From NCBI RefSeq assembly GCF_001194135.2, contig NC_068985.1:107759072-107821212 (forward strand): a stretch of 62,141 bases of DNA. The letters are read 5' to 3'. Below, piece after piece: positions 1 through 13,362 of this stretch. Under the pieces are notes generated by a model, which worked only from the letters and a program-made list of their open reading frames with translations, ran no database searches and had not been told where the DNA came from. Every line of letters begins with the position of its first letter. Positions within the stretch are counted from its first letter, which is position 1. The DNA is from Octopus bimaculoides. Its lineage: Eukaryota. The position numbers and the translations under genes are program-made.

Positions 1-174
1 AATTCACAAAAAAAAAGCAAAAGACGAAAACAGGTGGTGTAGACAACAAACAGATATATTAGTTTAACGCTCGGGCAGTAGAAAAGTCTTTAACGCTTCG
101 AGCCTACGCTCTTCCACAGAAAGGAACACAGAAATAAACAAGGAGAGAAAATAAAGAATGTGTAGTGGCTAGCG

Positions 175-180
<6 letters not shown>
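1..180 (-). mobile_element. Non-coding repeat, probably Penelope-derived, carrying a degenerate hammerhead-like motif
   Basis: Related copies at about 12850-12935 and 16835-16935; minus strand 88-123 folds as a minimal hammerhead-like motif. Penelope origin is inferred. Confidence 0.5.
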
Positions 181-219
<39 letters not shown>

Positions 220-596
220 ATGTATATTTACATCTTACTGCTCGATTAATTTTACAAGTTGAAGAATACCGTTTTCGCTTATTTCTGAAGAGACAGACCT
301 ATTAAGATATAAACGAAAGGTGAATATAACCGTTGTAGATAAGTGAAGTGACTCTTCGAGGATGTAACTGATATAGAGATGCTTTCTCGAGACAGATACC
401 GCAGTTTAAGTGGCTTTCAATAGTATGTAATACCTTAGCGATGATATACATACTCCTCATATACAAATATTAGCATACACACACATGCATACAAATACAT
501 GCATATACTTACATTCAAACATATACACACATGTACATACATAAATACATGCATAAGTACATGCATATACATATGCACCCACGAAGACACACATCA

Positions 597-640
<44 letters not shown>

Positions 641-1114
641 TTACACATGCATATATATACACTCAAACAAACACAAAAAGACGTAGTACGCGCGCCCATA
701 CACGTTTACATACGTACATACATACATGAAAGAGCAGAGTGGTTAAGAAGATCAGCTTTTAAACATGTGGTTCCGAGTTCGATGCATGTATTTAAATGGT
801 TGTGTGCCTGTGTGTGAGTTTATGTCTACGGTTGTAGAAACTAGTTCTCCTTTGTGCAGTGTTCCTTTATGTCCCATAAATTAGCAGTTTGACAGATAGA
901 AATCAATAGGTTAAATATCGATCGGAAATAAACACTGCAATCGATACGATCGACTAAACCCTTGAAGCAGCGGGTGTCCCAGCATGGCTGCAGTCCAATG
1001 GCAGAAACCAGTAAAAATAAAAGAATAAAGAAATACACAAATAGGTCGGATTCCCCGAACCTTGGAATATCTGTTTGTCCATATATCTATCTATCTATCA
1101 AACAAAGTATGTAT

Positions 1115-1162
<48 letters not shown>

Positions 1163-2224
1163 TCGTGTATGTAGACAACTAGCGAAACGATTGTCTGACC
1201 ATCAAATGGATACAAAGAAAATTATTATTAGATAGATAAATAGACAAAAAGAGAGAAATGAAGAGAAACTGAGATAGAGAGAGAGAGAGAGAGAGAGAGA
1301 AANNNNNNNNNNNNNNNNNNNNNNNNNNNNNNNNNNNNNNNNNNNNNNNNNNNNNNNNNNNNNNNNNNNNNNNNNNNNNNNNNNNNNNNNNNNNNNNNNN
1401 NNNNNNNNNNNNNNNNNNNNNNNNNNNNNNNNNNNNNNNNNNNNNNNNNNNNNNNNNNNNNNNNNNNNNNNNNNNNNNNNNNNNNNNNNNNNNNNNNNNN
1501 NNNNNNNNNNNNNNNNNNNNNNNNNNNNNNNNNNNNNNNNNNNNNNNNNNNNNNNNNNNNNNNNNNNNNNNNNNNNNNNNNNNNNNNNNNNNNNNNNNNN
1601 NNNNNNNNNNNNNNNNNNNNNNNNNNNNNNNNNNNNNNNNNNNNNNNNNNNNNNNNNNNNNNNNNNNNNNNNNNNNNNNNNNNNNNNNNNNNNNNNNNNN
1701 NNNNNNNNNNNNNNNNNNNNNNNNNNNNNNNNNNNNNNNNNNNNNNNNNNNNNNNNNNNNNNTATATATATATATATATATATTGCACATACGCATACAT
1801 AGGAGCGTACACTCGCAAAACTCGCTTACTTGTAATACATGCCGGATGTTCACTACACATACGAATATATACCTATATATATGTATACGCACACACATAC
1901 CCATGTGTGTGTACATGTGCGTGTATACAGAGAGAGGGTGGGAAAGAGAGAAAGAGTGAAACACATGCAAACATACATATACACACGTGTATTTGTCTGT
2001 GCACAAAACATACAGCTGTGTATGTGCAGAAAGCATACACCCATATGTATGTGTGTGTGTATATGAAATATACATCTATAGACACAAGGCACGTTATATA
2101 AATCTGCCGAACTATTGTGTTTCCACAGCATGACACTTTGTAGTTCGTATTTAAATATTGTGTATATTAAATAATATCTCTTATTGGATGGATTATATTT
2201 TTGGTGATCCTATATATAACGGAA

Positions 2225-2291
<67 letters not shown>

Positions 2292-2396
2292 GTGAAGTTA
2301 CATAAGTGAGTTATTGACATAGGATTTCGGGATAGACACAAAACTTGCACAAAATTCTGGGACCTCCAGACGCAAAGTTTACAGCTGTACACACGA

Positions 2397-2438
<42 letters not shown>

Positions 2439-2691
2439 AACAAACATACATACGTGCATGCATGCTCCGTCGAATGATGTTCTGGGTTGGCAAAAAGTAA
2501 TCTAAGATAAATCAAACTGGAATGGATTTTCTGCTGCGCATACAGAACGAAAAGCATTAACGTTTCGGGAAGTACTCATCGCTGGAGATAAAAAAAAAAA
2601 TAATAAAAATATCTGCCAAATGTCAATGTCACACACACACACATATGTATGAATACACGAATATACATAAGCAGATGATTATATACATAAC

Positions 2692-2729
<38 letters not shown>

Positions 2730-2873
2730 TCACACACATGAACAGATTATATATACTTACTAATAGCAAATATAGACATATGTTACAGTGGCTTAGATAA
2801 ATATGTGTATGTATACAAAAAGAGACAGAGTTACATACACTGCTGGTAACGATAAAACTGTGTGTCAACTTAC

Positions 2874-3077
2874 CTGAATATAAGAGGTTGGTATATATCC
2901 AATTTGGTTGTCCTTCAATGCCCTGGCACCGACCCACTGTCCATCAGCCAAACTGGCATAGTCCTCACCAGAACAGGTGACAGGTACAAACTTGTCACCA
3001 GCATAGAATGTCAGGACATTTCTCAAAGCGTCGTTTATATCCGGGGTAAAATCCGCAATAGCTTCATAAACTTCCAT
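2874..3077 (-). CDS. First coding exon of an N-terminal SH3-domain protein
   Basis: MEVYEAIADF...LTFYAGDKF...GQWVGA...IGYIPTSYIQ matches SH3 motifs (ALYDY-like, GD, W, GxxPxxY). Real ATG at 3077 with an in-frame TAG 9 nt upstream; ends at a canonical phase-0 donor CAG|GTAAGT (2874/2873). Confidence 0.85.
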
Positions 3078-4020
3078 CTCACTACTCTAGCTTTTTACAC
3101 ACATACATACACACAAAAATATACACACTCTAACATATATACATTTAAAATTTCGGCTGTCTGACAATCTCGTTAACGAGCTAGAATAATCACAACGGAG
3201 GGTACATTGTATATATATATATATATTTTTTTTCTTATAGGTTAGTGTACCCCTGTTTAGAAATTACATGATTATAGGGGACAATATACCGCAACGACAC
3301 GGTCATTTGTAATGTCCAGTGTGTACGACAGGGTAGAGAGAGAGAGAGAGAGAGAGAGAGAGGTTTTCGCGTGGCCTGTCTGTTATGAAAGACAGAAAGG
3401 GAGGTTGACAATGCAAAAAAAAAAAAAAAGAATTATGCTACCCTTTTAAAAGATATCTTATTAACGATGGGTATAGGGCTGAATGCAAGAGTTGTGTGTG
3501 TGTGTGTGTGTGTGTGTATGAAAGTATAAATGTGTCTGTGTGTGTATGAAAGTATAAATGTGTCTGTATGTATCTAATAAATGTAATCGGATTACGCGTT
3601 TTCAAAAGAACTGTGAACTTAACTTGAAATATATTGTGGCTGTTATTAATATTGTCGTTATTGTAACTTGTTGTGAGATGACAACGTGTTTCGTGTGCCC
3701 ACTCGGTATATTATAATGTGTGTATTTAACAACGACCACTGCTGACAGATGATGACGACAACGATGATGTTGTTGTCGAAGTGAAATATGTAGATATTAT
3801 TATTAATAAAGTGGTGTTAATGAAATGTTGGTGATCTGTTTTGTCAGCACTGTTGAATAACTAATATCTGAAATGTGGTCGAATTCGTGAGAGCGAGAGA
3901 ACAGAAGCGAATATATGTCTGTGTGTGTGTGTATGTGTACGCGTATATATGTGTATATATTTGTGTACGTGTATGTGTTGTGTGTGAAAATAGTAAAGTA
4001 AAAGACGTAGTAACTTTTAC

Positions 4021-4260
4021 CTCGTCTCGATCTCAAAAACAGCGCTCAGCTGTGCTGAGAGGCGAAAGAGTAACGGGACACGGCGCAGAGGGGGCAGTGG
4101 TGAGAGGAGACGAAACATAAATGCAGGCGAGCGACTGAGAGAAAGAAAAGGAGTTGCCAAGGAGAAGGAGAAGGAGAAGATGTAAGGAAGGGTGGGAGGG
4201 ACGAGTGTCGGACACATAGAGAGAAAGAGTTGGAAGAAGAGGGGGGGGGTGACAGGGATA
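4021..4260 (-). other. Putative non-coding first exon of the SH3 gene
   Basis: CpG-rich, non-repetitive segment ending in donor-like GAG|GTAAAA at 4021/4020, about 950 nt upstream of the SH3 exon. 5' boundary is approximate. Confidence 0.4.
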
Positions 4261-4323
4261 GAGTTACACCCCTCCACACACTCCCTTCCATATACGTATA
4301 CATATATGCATATACATATGCAC

Positions 4324-4372
<49 letters not shown>

Positions 4373-4421
4373 TGTGTGACTATATATATGAAATGTGTGT
4401 ATGTATATGTGTGTATATATA

Positions 4422-4467
<46 letters not shown>

Positions 4468-4559
4468 GTGTATTAGGCTATAAGTTTTGTAACTCTCTCT
4501 CTCTCTCTCTCCCTCTTTGTCTTTCTCTCTGTTTTTCCCCCGTTCTCAGTTACAACCAC

Positions 4560-4830
4560 CGACTGGCTCCTTTTCACCAAAACTCCATCACTCCCTATCC
4601 CTTGACGTAACACGAGACCTGATGCCAGCTCCCAGCTCGGGTGTGTCCTCCTAAGCTTTAGAATTCACTGAGAAGTCAGACTTTTTTTTGGTTTTTTGTT
4701 TTTTCCTTCGTTCTTTTCTCTCGTATTCCTTCGTTAGATAGACAGAAAGTTAAGTCGATGGAAGGCTTAAATACACGCCGGACGAATTTGCCGTCAAGCA
4801 TTTTCGTCCGGCGTGCTATAACGATTTTGC
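4560..4830. promoter_or_regulatory. CpG-enriched region upstream of the putative first exon, with a CRE-like TGACGTAA
   Basis: TGACGTAA at 4603-4610; CpG density above background. Position-based inference only. Confidence 0.25.
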
Positions 4831-6072
4831 TCGTTCGTCTCCTCAGTAAAGATAATATTACTCTTGCAATGCTTAGATCATCCAACCTCAGCACACACAC
4901 ACACACAGAGAGGCGCACAGACAGTCACATCATCAATGCAACACTCACATTATCACCACCACTGTCCGTAGCAGCAACATGACCACTGGCAAGGAAACAA
5001 TATACCGTTAACTGCACAAATTGCATAATGTGTATATACGGATAGCCTGTCTAACAACAGGACTGCATAAGTGTTGATGCATCTTATCAGACAGCTAAAA
5101 CACACACACACACACACACACAAACACTTCTTTTATCTTGAAGGGTTTAGTCAGATAAATCGATCCCTGTAATTATTTTGTTAAAGCCTGTTACTTATTC
5201 TCTCGGTCGTTTTTGTTTTTTTGTGTTTTTNNNNNNNNNNNNNNNNNNNNNNNNNNNNNNNNNNNNNNNNNNGGATGGGGGGGGGGGCGAACCGCTGCAT
5301 TACGGGGACGTAAACAAAGCAACACCGGTTGTCAAGCGGTGGGTGGAGGACAAACACAACCACACACACACACACACACAATGAGCATACTTTGGCTTCA
5401 CTAAAAGACATGCTCAAATGGGACTTTTACCCTCAGAAGCATGGGATTGGGAAGCAAACCCCTCGTCACAGACACACCCTGCCAATATGTATGTATATAT
5501 ACGAGTATATATATAATATAATGTATATATAATACACACACACATATTTAAGATGCATACGTGTGAGTCTTTCTTTCTTCTTCGTTCTCTCTATTTTATA
5601 TATGCATGTGTATGCGTTTAACATACACAAACACTAGTTGCACTCCGCCCGACATACCCGTCACCCCTCCTCTCATCAACTTATTGTATTTCCTCCGTTG
5701 TACCTCCACACTAGCCAATCCTTTCTTCTGGGAGCTCCAGCCCATGGGAATTCTCCCACCCCCACCCCACCCCACCCACAATTTCCCTGCAGACGTCGAT
5801 TTACAGATGTTGGAACTGAACATAANNNNNNNNNNNNNNNNNNNNNNNNNNNNNNNNNNNNNNNNNNNNNNNNNNNNNNNNNNNNNNNNNNNNNNNNNNN
5901 NNNNNNNNNNNNNNNNNNNNNNNNNNNNNNNNNNNNNNNNNNNNNNNNNNNNNNNNNNTATATATATATATATATACATACATACATACATACATATATA
6001 TGGGGGTGCTGTGTGTGTGTATGTATATGTATGCATATGTATACACATACGCATTTATATATACATAAATGT

Positions 6073-6103
<31 letters not shown>

Positions 6104-6136
6104 TATTTGCTGTATGTATATATACACATAAATATA

Positions 6137-6505
6137 TATTATGTGGTTTCAGGTTCAGTCCCATTACGTGGTACTTTGGGTAAATGTCTTCTGCTATAGC
6201 CTTCGACTGAGAGAATTTACCTGACAGAAACTGTGCAGAAGCCCGTCATGTATAGATACATACCGGCATACATATGCGCGCGCGCGAGCGTGTGGTGTCT
6301 TTGTTTGTCCGAACACCGATTGATATCTGGTATCGGTTTGGTTACGTCCATGTAACATAGTTCGGCAAAAGGGTCCAATACAAAAAGTCCTTGATTTTAA
6401 AAGAATAAGTTACTAGGATTCATTTGCTTTGACGAAGTCCCGAAAATCAGTGCCCCTGTACGGCCGGAGTCCATTGACTTAAACAAATAAAAGAATAAAA
6501 GACCT
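6137..6505 (+). mobile_element. SINE family A, diverged copy
   Basis: B-box-like ggttcagtccc, then ggtactttgggtaaatgtcttctgctatagcc, internal microsatellite and 3' part homologous to 42287-42568 and 39141-39525. Confidence 0.6.
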
Positions 6506-6782
6506 AAAGACAAACCAAGAATGAGATGGTTGAATAATGTCCTTAGTCTCATTTGGTCACGCTTGGGAACACTTCCAGAAAATATAATGACTATTGCTTC
6601 TGATACTATCCTATGAAAGAAATAGGAGGCGGAGCATACGAATGCAGGGACATATATATATGTGTGTGTGTGTGTGTGTTATATATAGTTGAAATTTACA
6701 GAAAAACAAAAGACAAAAACAGGAAGGAAGTTTTCATACTGTGTCAAGTATTTTTGCTGTTTACAGCTTTTCAAGCGTACGT

Positions 6783-6872
6783 GTTATGGGGTAATCTGTT
6801 GTGGTGGGTAATCTGTTATGGGATAATCTGTTATGGGGTAATCTGTTATGGGGTAATCTGTTATGGAATAAT
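6783..6872. repeat. 15-bp minisatellite (GGTAATCTGTTATGG) x ~5
   Basis: Direct tandem units visible. Confidence 0.85.
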
Positions 6873-6879
6873 TTTTTCA

Positions 6880-7175
6880 AACGCGCGTGTTATGGGAAAA
6901 ACAAAAATTTTAGTTACTGCATCACATGCTCAGAAGGCAATGAGAATTATATTGGCCAAATGAGATCAAAACTTACACATCGGATTAAGGTATATGAACA
7001 ACAAAGTAAAGAGTCATCCCTTAGAAATATCACATGTAGTGAATGTCAAGACATTTGTACAAATGGAAAATTCAAAATGTTTTCTTTGTTCAAAATAAAG
7101 GAAGAAAATATTCATCTATGAAAAGCAAGAAAAGAAGACTTAGCAAGAATTTAAAATCCAAAACTAAGTTTAGAA
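6880..7175 (+). mobile_element. Penelope-like element GIY-YIG endonuclease remnant
   Basis: SYCITCSEGNENYIGQMRSKLTHRIK...NP.L resembles the PLE GIY-YIG pattern (IYCITC..C...YIG.T...L..R); later stop codons. Confidence 0.7.
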
Positions 7176-7429
7176 ATATTTCTACTAAACATTGCGACTA
7201 AAATCGACTTCTGTATAGATTACCCCATAATACGTGTGTTTGAAAAGCTGTGAACAGCGAAAGTTCACAATTGCTTAACACAATTGGAAAGCATCCTTCC
7301 AAAAGGTTTATGTGGTTCTGTTTTCTAAAGATATTTTATATAATTTAAGAAAATCTTTCTTCATACATACATACATACATACATACGCACACGCGCGCAC
7401 ACACATACGGATAGTTGGATGTGTATGCG

Positions 7430-7470
<41 letters not shown>

Positions 7471-7483
7471 GTCTGTCTGTCTG

Positions 7484-7525
<42 letters not shown>

Positions 7526-7569
7526 CAGACAGACAGACATTCAATATATATATATATTCAATATATATT

Positions 7570-7627
<58 letters not shown>

Positions 7628-8639
7628 AATGTAAATAACAGGGCCCTATTATACAAAAAGGTAGGCGAAAGAGCCCCTTGAGTGATCTGAGGGCCTATGA
7701 ATAATATAAATAATATATGAAAAAATGTTGAAATTAGATATTAGGGTATGTTATGAGTAACTAACTAAACAAACCATCAGTCAAATTCAACTTCAACTCC
7801 TCTGGCTTCCTTTATCACGTTTACTGGGTAAGTTAGTTACTAGGCTGTGATATGTCAGTCAGCTCCTCCTGGTAATGGTATAAACCTAATCACTTTAATT
7901 GATCTATCAGTCAGTTGTCAGTAGTCAGTACCTTGCCATAAAATAAGGATATGCTATAACAGGCTGTTCTTTAACAAGTTCTTTTTTTATGTTGCGTATG
8001 CTTTCTCTGACGCTTTTTGTGACTAAAGAAAAGCTACTGAAGATGTTGATTGGGGACGTGATTAATGAGTATATTTGAAAACAGAATATTTATTAACCTC
8101 AAACTGAAATGTTAATTTATCTAATTTAAGTTTACCATCCTTAATATCCGTCCTAATGACGGAAAAATTTTAATGTGAACTCAAATTCTCGTTTCAAGCA
8201 GCGGTGTAGCGTGGGAATATGCAGATCACATGGGGGAATATGCAGATGGGTGTTTGCTGTAGTCGAAGGTATGTTATGTTTAAAGAAGAGGTAGTCAAAA
8301 CCATGTTGCACTACTGCTATCAAGCCTTAATTGAATATTCAAATGATTTTAATTTCAAATCAATTTCAGTTGATTTCATTTACCTAGCAAATTATAATGA
8401 GCAATACAAAGTGACAAAGGCCAAAATTTGTGGCAAAGCTTTATACAGTGTCGTCTTTAAGTATAGGTACACTGGGAAATATCCTGGGACCTCGAGGGTC
8501 TAGGGGCCAAATCTGATGTATGTATGTTGTGGCTAGCTATCAATAAGTATATACTACAGGGCCCAGGGCACTGATTTTCCTGGGAGTCAATAATGTTACT
8601 AAGACGGTCCTGGCTTTATGGAGTCCTTATGATTCTTAT

Positions 8640-9958
8640 AACTTCCCCTAATTCGGTTTTCCACAGATCAGAAGGTCCAGCTAGTAGATTTCCGTGAGTT
8701 CATGGTAGTATCCCTCGATCTATATTTCATCCAGGACTGCAACTCGGCCGAAGATATGAGGTACAGAAAAATGTGTCGCCCAAGTGGTGGCTGCACGTGC
8801 AGTCACTGTCCTGGAATCTCTGTTCATATGTCATCTTTAGCACGTACCTGCACGTTAACAATCACAGAAACCTCAAACCCCCTTCTGTTCGGCGCGGGAA
8901 GCTGATAAACATCTCAACTGACAGAGTTTGTCCTTTCCCCAAGAATCGATAGAGCATACACTCTAGTGTGATTAGATGTGTCTTGGAGCAATGCACGATG
9001 GTCAGGCTGAAGTTCATCGACAATTGTAGATGTTACCACTATAGATATTAACTACTTCAACACGACCTTTAGCGATTGTTTTCTCTCAGTCCATTTCTGA
9101 GTAAGACTAATCGCTTTTGTCACGATCTCGTCTCACTTTTTATTTATATGGAAGTCTGCTCCAAACCAAATCTCAAGCACTTTAACTAGATTTTTGGTAC
9201 AGCGACAAAAACCACTGCCTTACTTGGACTTGCCTCTCTAGATCCCAAGTCAAGGAGCATGTATTGAATGGTTAAGTCGGTTATGCCCAGAATAATGTCA
9301 GCCAACTTGATTGTTGATATGCCAGATCCCATGACAGTGATATCGTTTGCGTATGCTGACACAACTCTCGTGTGTCCCACTTCGCACGAGATGGCTCTCA
9401 ATGTTTCTAACATCTGCAGAAAATCCTCCAAGGCGAACACATACAGAAACGATGAAAGTAGGATTCCTTGGCCTTCAATTTCACAATGCGAAATATTTCT
9501 GGTACGTGGCTGTTTGCTTTTACCACCTTGAGTCCTTTCTCACTAACGTCACCAATCCTTGGATGACTCGACTAGAAATGTTCTCCATCTTCTGCCAATC
9601 GGCAGTAGACAGTTGCTTAGACAGTGGTAAACAAATATAGTTTGTAGCAGTAAAATTCGCAAAATTGCAAAATTTCATTTTGCCGATCACTCAGCTACCA
9701 ACAACTCTTTTTACTTCTGCTAAGATCGATTTCTTGCCGCACATTTCATCTTTGGCTGAGAGTTGGAGCATACCATCAACATCGAAATCAAAATCTATCG
9801 TTTCCAGTTCGTCGCTCCTCTCGAACATTTCAGCAAAGTATCGCTGAAAAGCCGCACAGAAACAAACAGCATGTGCCTACTGCGATCCACCTAAGATCGA
9901 TGTGTGACTTTGCTGCCATGCTATATCTTCGCTAACCGCATCCACCTAACGTCATTCC

Positions 9959-9989
<31 letters not shown>

Positions 9990-10870
9990 GTCTCTGTCTC
10001 TCTCTCTCACTCTCCTCCCTCTCTCTCTCACTCTCCCCCCTCTCTCTCTCTCTCTCTCGTTTTTCGGTGCATGCATCCTTGAACAACGCACACTTTCGTA
10101 TTTCGTGCCGAGGAAGCGGTCAAGGACCATTCTCGGATCTTTTCAATCTTGAAAAGATCTCCATTCTCCTCACAAGCCACTAACCTGATCCCTGAAACAT
10201 TTCCTTGTCGAGAAAGACGTATTTAATTTCCCGTTCACAAAATTTTACTTTTTAGTTGAATTTTTAATCTTTTTTTTTTTTTCAGTCTTGTCTAAGTTGA
10301 CTGTGCATATCATGATTTCACAGTCTGCTTAACCACTACCCCAAACTGTGAACAACTTACGTAGTCTCTGTCGGTTAATCTAATTAAAAAGACTAAATAC
10401 GATCTGAAAGAATCGCTGTGTATTGTATAAGTCGATATTAGTGCATTCGAGCAATATGGCAGATATTCATAAGACAGTTGGAAATTCTTATACAATCCCT
10501 GCGTATGTCTAAAAAGCTATTCAGGTTACCCACTAACACAAATGAGTGAGATGCTTCTAGGAAAGCCTCTAGATATCTGAAAAAATCCGGTTTTCTAGCT
10601 GCTATTGAAGCATAAACGGCCATCAGTTTGAAAACATCGCTTATTATATACACGACTACCGACCTACCATTCGACTCAAAGAAGATCGTACATACTTCTA
10701 CCTTTCTGAAGCAGTACTGTCACACTGCACGTTCTAGACCAGCTGAAAGCGGAGCAGATTATGTTTGTTAGCCAGAAGCGTGGATCAGTACGTCTCTGAA
10801 ATTATGGTCGTGTTGTTGGCTTTTACATGTAAATTTTCGGGACTGAGATCGTTCAGAAGGATTTTCTGAT
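8640..10870 (-). mobile_element. L1/Tx1-like LINE ORF2 fossil (APE endonuclease, RT and downstream region)
   Basis: AVYAS...FFRYLEAF...VLVGNLNS (APE VYAP/GDFN); QGILLSSFLYVFALE and VSAYANDIT (RT QG/YADD); RRTEGGLRF downstream. Many stops and frameshifts; microsatellite inserted at about 9960-10060. Confidence 0.8.
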
Positions 10871-11124
10871 CCCATGTCGACTCCAGATCACCTTGCATTT
10901 GCAACCGACGTGCTAACTTGCAAGAAGGATGTGGGTAAAAATTTCCTATTCTGTTTTAAGTGTCGGTAATCTGGAGATTTATAACAGTTTGGAGAACACC
11001 CAAAGTGTCCCTTAATTATCTTTGATATGGGATTTTCCTTAATACATTTTATATCGCGTGAGAATCTCCTAACAGTTCTGAATAGACTTTTGATGTCGTT
11101 TGTACCTCTCTGTCTTTTTCTCTC

Positions 11125-11253
<129 letters not shown>

Positions 11254-11481
11254 TGTCATTTTGTCACATACACTCATCCTATAAGTGGCTGATGTGCATT
11301 ATGAATTTTTTTGGCCACAAAACAACAAATAACACGAATTTATTATAGTCAATAGTTCTCCAATAAGAATGTTATCCTTCAATCATATCAGTGTAATACA
11401 TACACAGAAGTCTAGAGCATCAAAGTAAATTGAAACAAAAGCAAGAGATGAATAAAAGCAAAAAAATCAGAGGTCATCACT

Positions 11482-11715
11482 GGAGAGGTCATGTCTTTTA
11501 TCTTTTATTTGTTTCAGTGATTGGACTGCAACCAAGCTGGGGCACCACCTTGAATGGTTTTACTTGAATGTATTGGCCCAAGTATATTTTTTTAACCTGC
11601 TACTTATTCTATTGGTTACTTTTGCCAAACTGTTAAGTTATGCAGACATGAGCAAACCAACACTAGTTGTCAAGTGGTAGTGGGGACCAGACACAAAAGC
11701 AAAGACCCACACATA
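11482..11715 (-). mobile_element. SINE family A, 3' part, diverged
   Basis: ttgtttcagtgattggactgcaaccaagctggggcacc...acaccactagttgtcaag matches family A copies. Confidence 0.6.
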
Positions 11716-11753
11716 GACATCTCCATACATACATACATACATACATACATACA

Positions 11754-11783
<30 letters not shown>

Positions 11784-11784
<1 letters not shown>

Positions 11785-11940
11785 TGGGTTGTTCGGAAAG
11801 TTCGTGCCGATTTTTTTTTTTAAAGGAAAGAAAAAGGTCAATAAATATTTGCCATTACATTTTTAATCAACCAAATATGAACCATTTTGTTGCACAATGC
11901 GTCTCCATCTTTCCGTTAACTTGAAAATACCCTCTTCCCC
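11784..11940 (-). mobile_element. Tc1/mariner terminal fragment
   Basis: TA followed by TTGGGTTGTTCGGAAAGTTC TIR-like end; interior resembles the mariner C-terminal G.(K)L..RW region; cut off at the SINE at 11943. Confidence 0.5.
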
Positions 11941-11942
11941 GT

Positions 11943-12029
11943 GGAGGCGCAATGGCCCAGTGGTTAGGGCAGCGGACTCGCGGTCATTGGATCGCGGTTT
12001 CGATTCCCAAACCGGGCGTTGTGAGTGTT
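11943..12029 (+). mobile_element. tRNA-derived SINE family B, 5' head (runs into a gap)
   Basis: A box TGGCCCAGTGG and B box GGTTTCGATTCC; near-identical to 19629-19899 (minus) and 60389-60718. Confidence 0.85.
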
Positions 12030-13147
12030 NNNNNNNNNNNNNNNNNNNNNNNNNNNNNNNNNNNNNNNNNNNNNNNNNNNNNNNNNNNNNNNNNNNNNNN
12101 NNNNNNNNNNNNNNNNNNNNNNNNNNNNNNNNNNNNNNNNNNNNNNNNNNNNNNNNNNNNNNNNNNNNNNNNNNNNNNNNNNNNNNNNNNNNNNNNNNNN
12201 NNNNNNNNNNNNNNNNNNNNNNNNNNNNNNNNNNNNNNNNNNNNNNNNNNNNNNNNNNNNNNNNNNNNNNNNNNNNNNNNNNNNNNNNNNNNNNNNNNNN
12301 NNNNNNNNNNNNNNNNNNNNNNNNNNNNNNNNNNNNNNNNNNNNNNNNNNNNNNNNNNNNNNNNNNNNNNNNNNNNNNNNNNNNNNNNNNNNNNNNNNNN
12401 NNNNNNNNNNNNNNNNNNNNNNNNNNNNNNNNNNNNNNNNNNNNNNNNNNNNNNNNNNNNNNNNNNNNNNNNNNNNNNNNNNNNNNNNNNNNNNNNNNNN
12501 NNNNNNNNNNNNNNNNNNNNNNNNNNNNNNNNNNNNNNNNNNNNNNNNNNNNNNNNNNNNNNNNNNNNNNNNNNNNNNNNNNNNNNNNNNNNNNNNNNNN
12601 NNNNNNNNNNNNNNNNNNNNNNNNNNNNNNNNNNNNNNNNNNNNNNNNNNNNNNNNNNNNNNNNNNNNNNNNNNNNNNNNNNNNNNNNNNNNNNNNNNNN
12701 NNNNNNNNNNNNNNNNNNNNNNNNNNNNNNNNNNNNNNNNNNNNNNNNNNNNNNNNNNNNNNNNNNNNNNNNNNNNNNNNNNNNNNNNNNNNNNNNTATA
12801 TATATATATATATATATATATATGCATGTGTATATATATATATGTATATGAGGAGAATTCACAAAAAAACAAAAGACGAAGACAGGTAGTGTAGACAACA
12901 AACAGATGTATTAGTTTAACGCTCAGGAAGTGAAGAAAATGAAGATAATTAGTTGACAAATATCAGCTTACAAACATCAATTAGATCTACTTATTAATTA
13001 CATTCATATGGATAAATAAATAAATAGATAAAAACATAAATATATATATGTATATATATGTTCATGCATATATATATATATGTATGCATGTATATATACA
13101 TATGTATATGTGTATATGTATGTATATATATACATATATATGTATGA

Positions 13148-13208
<61 letters not shown>

Positions 13209-13211
13209 CAC

Positions 13212-13362
13212 TACACGCTTCTTTCAGTTCCTGTCTGCAAAATCCACTCACAAAGCTTTGGTCAACCCCAGAGGTATAGTAGAAAACACTTGCCCAAGGT
13301 ACCATGCTGTGGAACTGAACTCAGAGTCATGTTGTTGGGTACTACATAACCATGCCTGCGCC
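13212..13362 (-). mobile_element. SINE family A, 5' part
   Basis: cttctttcagtt...aaatccactcacaaagctttggtc...tagtagaaaacacttgcccaagg shared with other copies. Confidence 0.75.

Noticed and set aside
2551-2590. Hammerhead-like GCGAUGAG...CGAAACGUU on the minus strand
   Set aside because: C3/U4 missing and stems not supported; at most a decayed relative.
6783-6872. CRISPR-like array (also considered 26080-26155 and 38230-38285)
   Set aside because: Contiguous tandem units with no unique spacers and no cas genes, in a eukaryotic context.
11943-12029. tRNA gene (Arg-like loop, A and B boxes)
   Set aside because: No complete cloverleaf; continues into a body shared with other SINE-B copies, so it is a SINE head.
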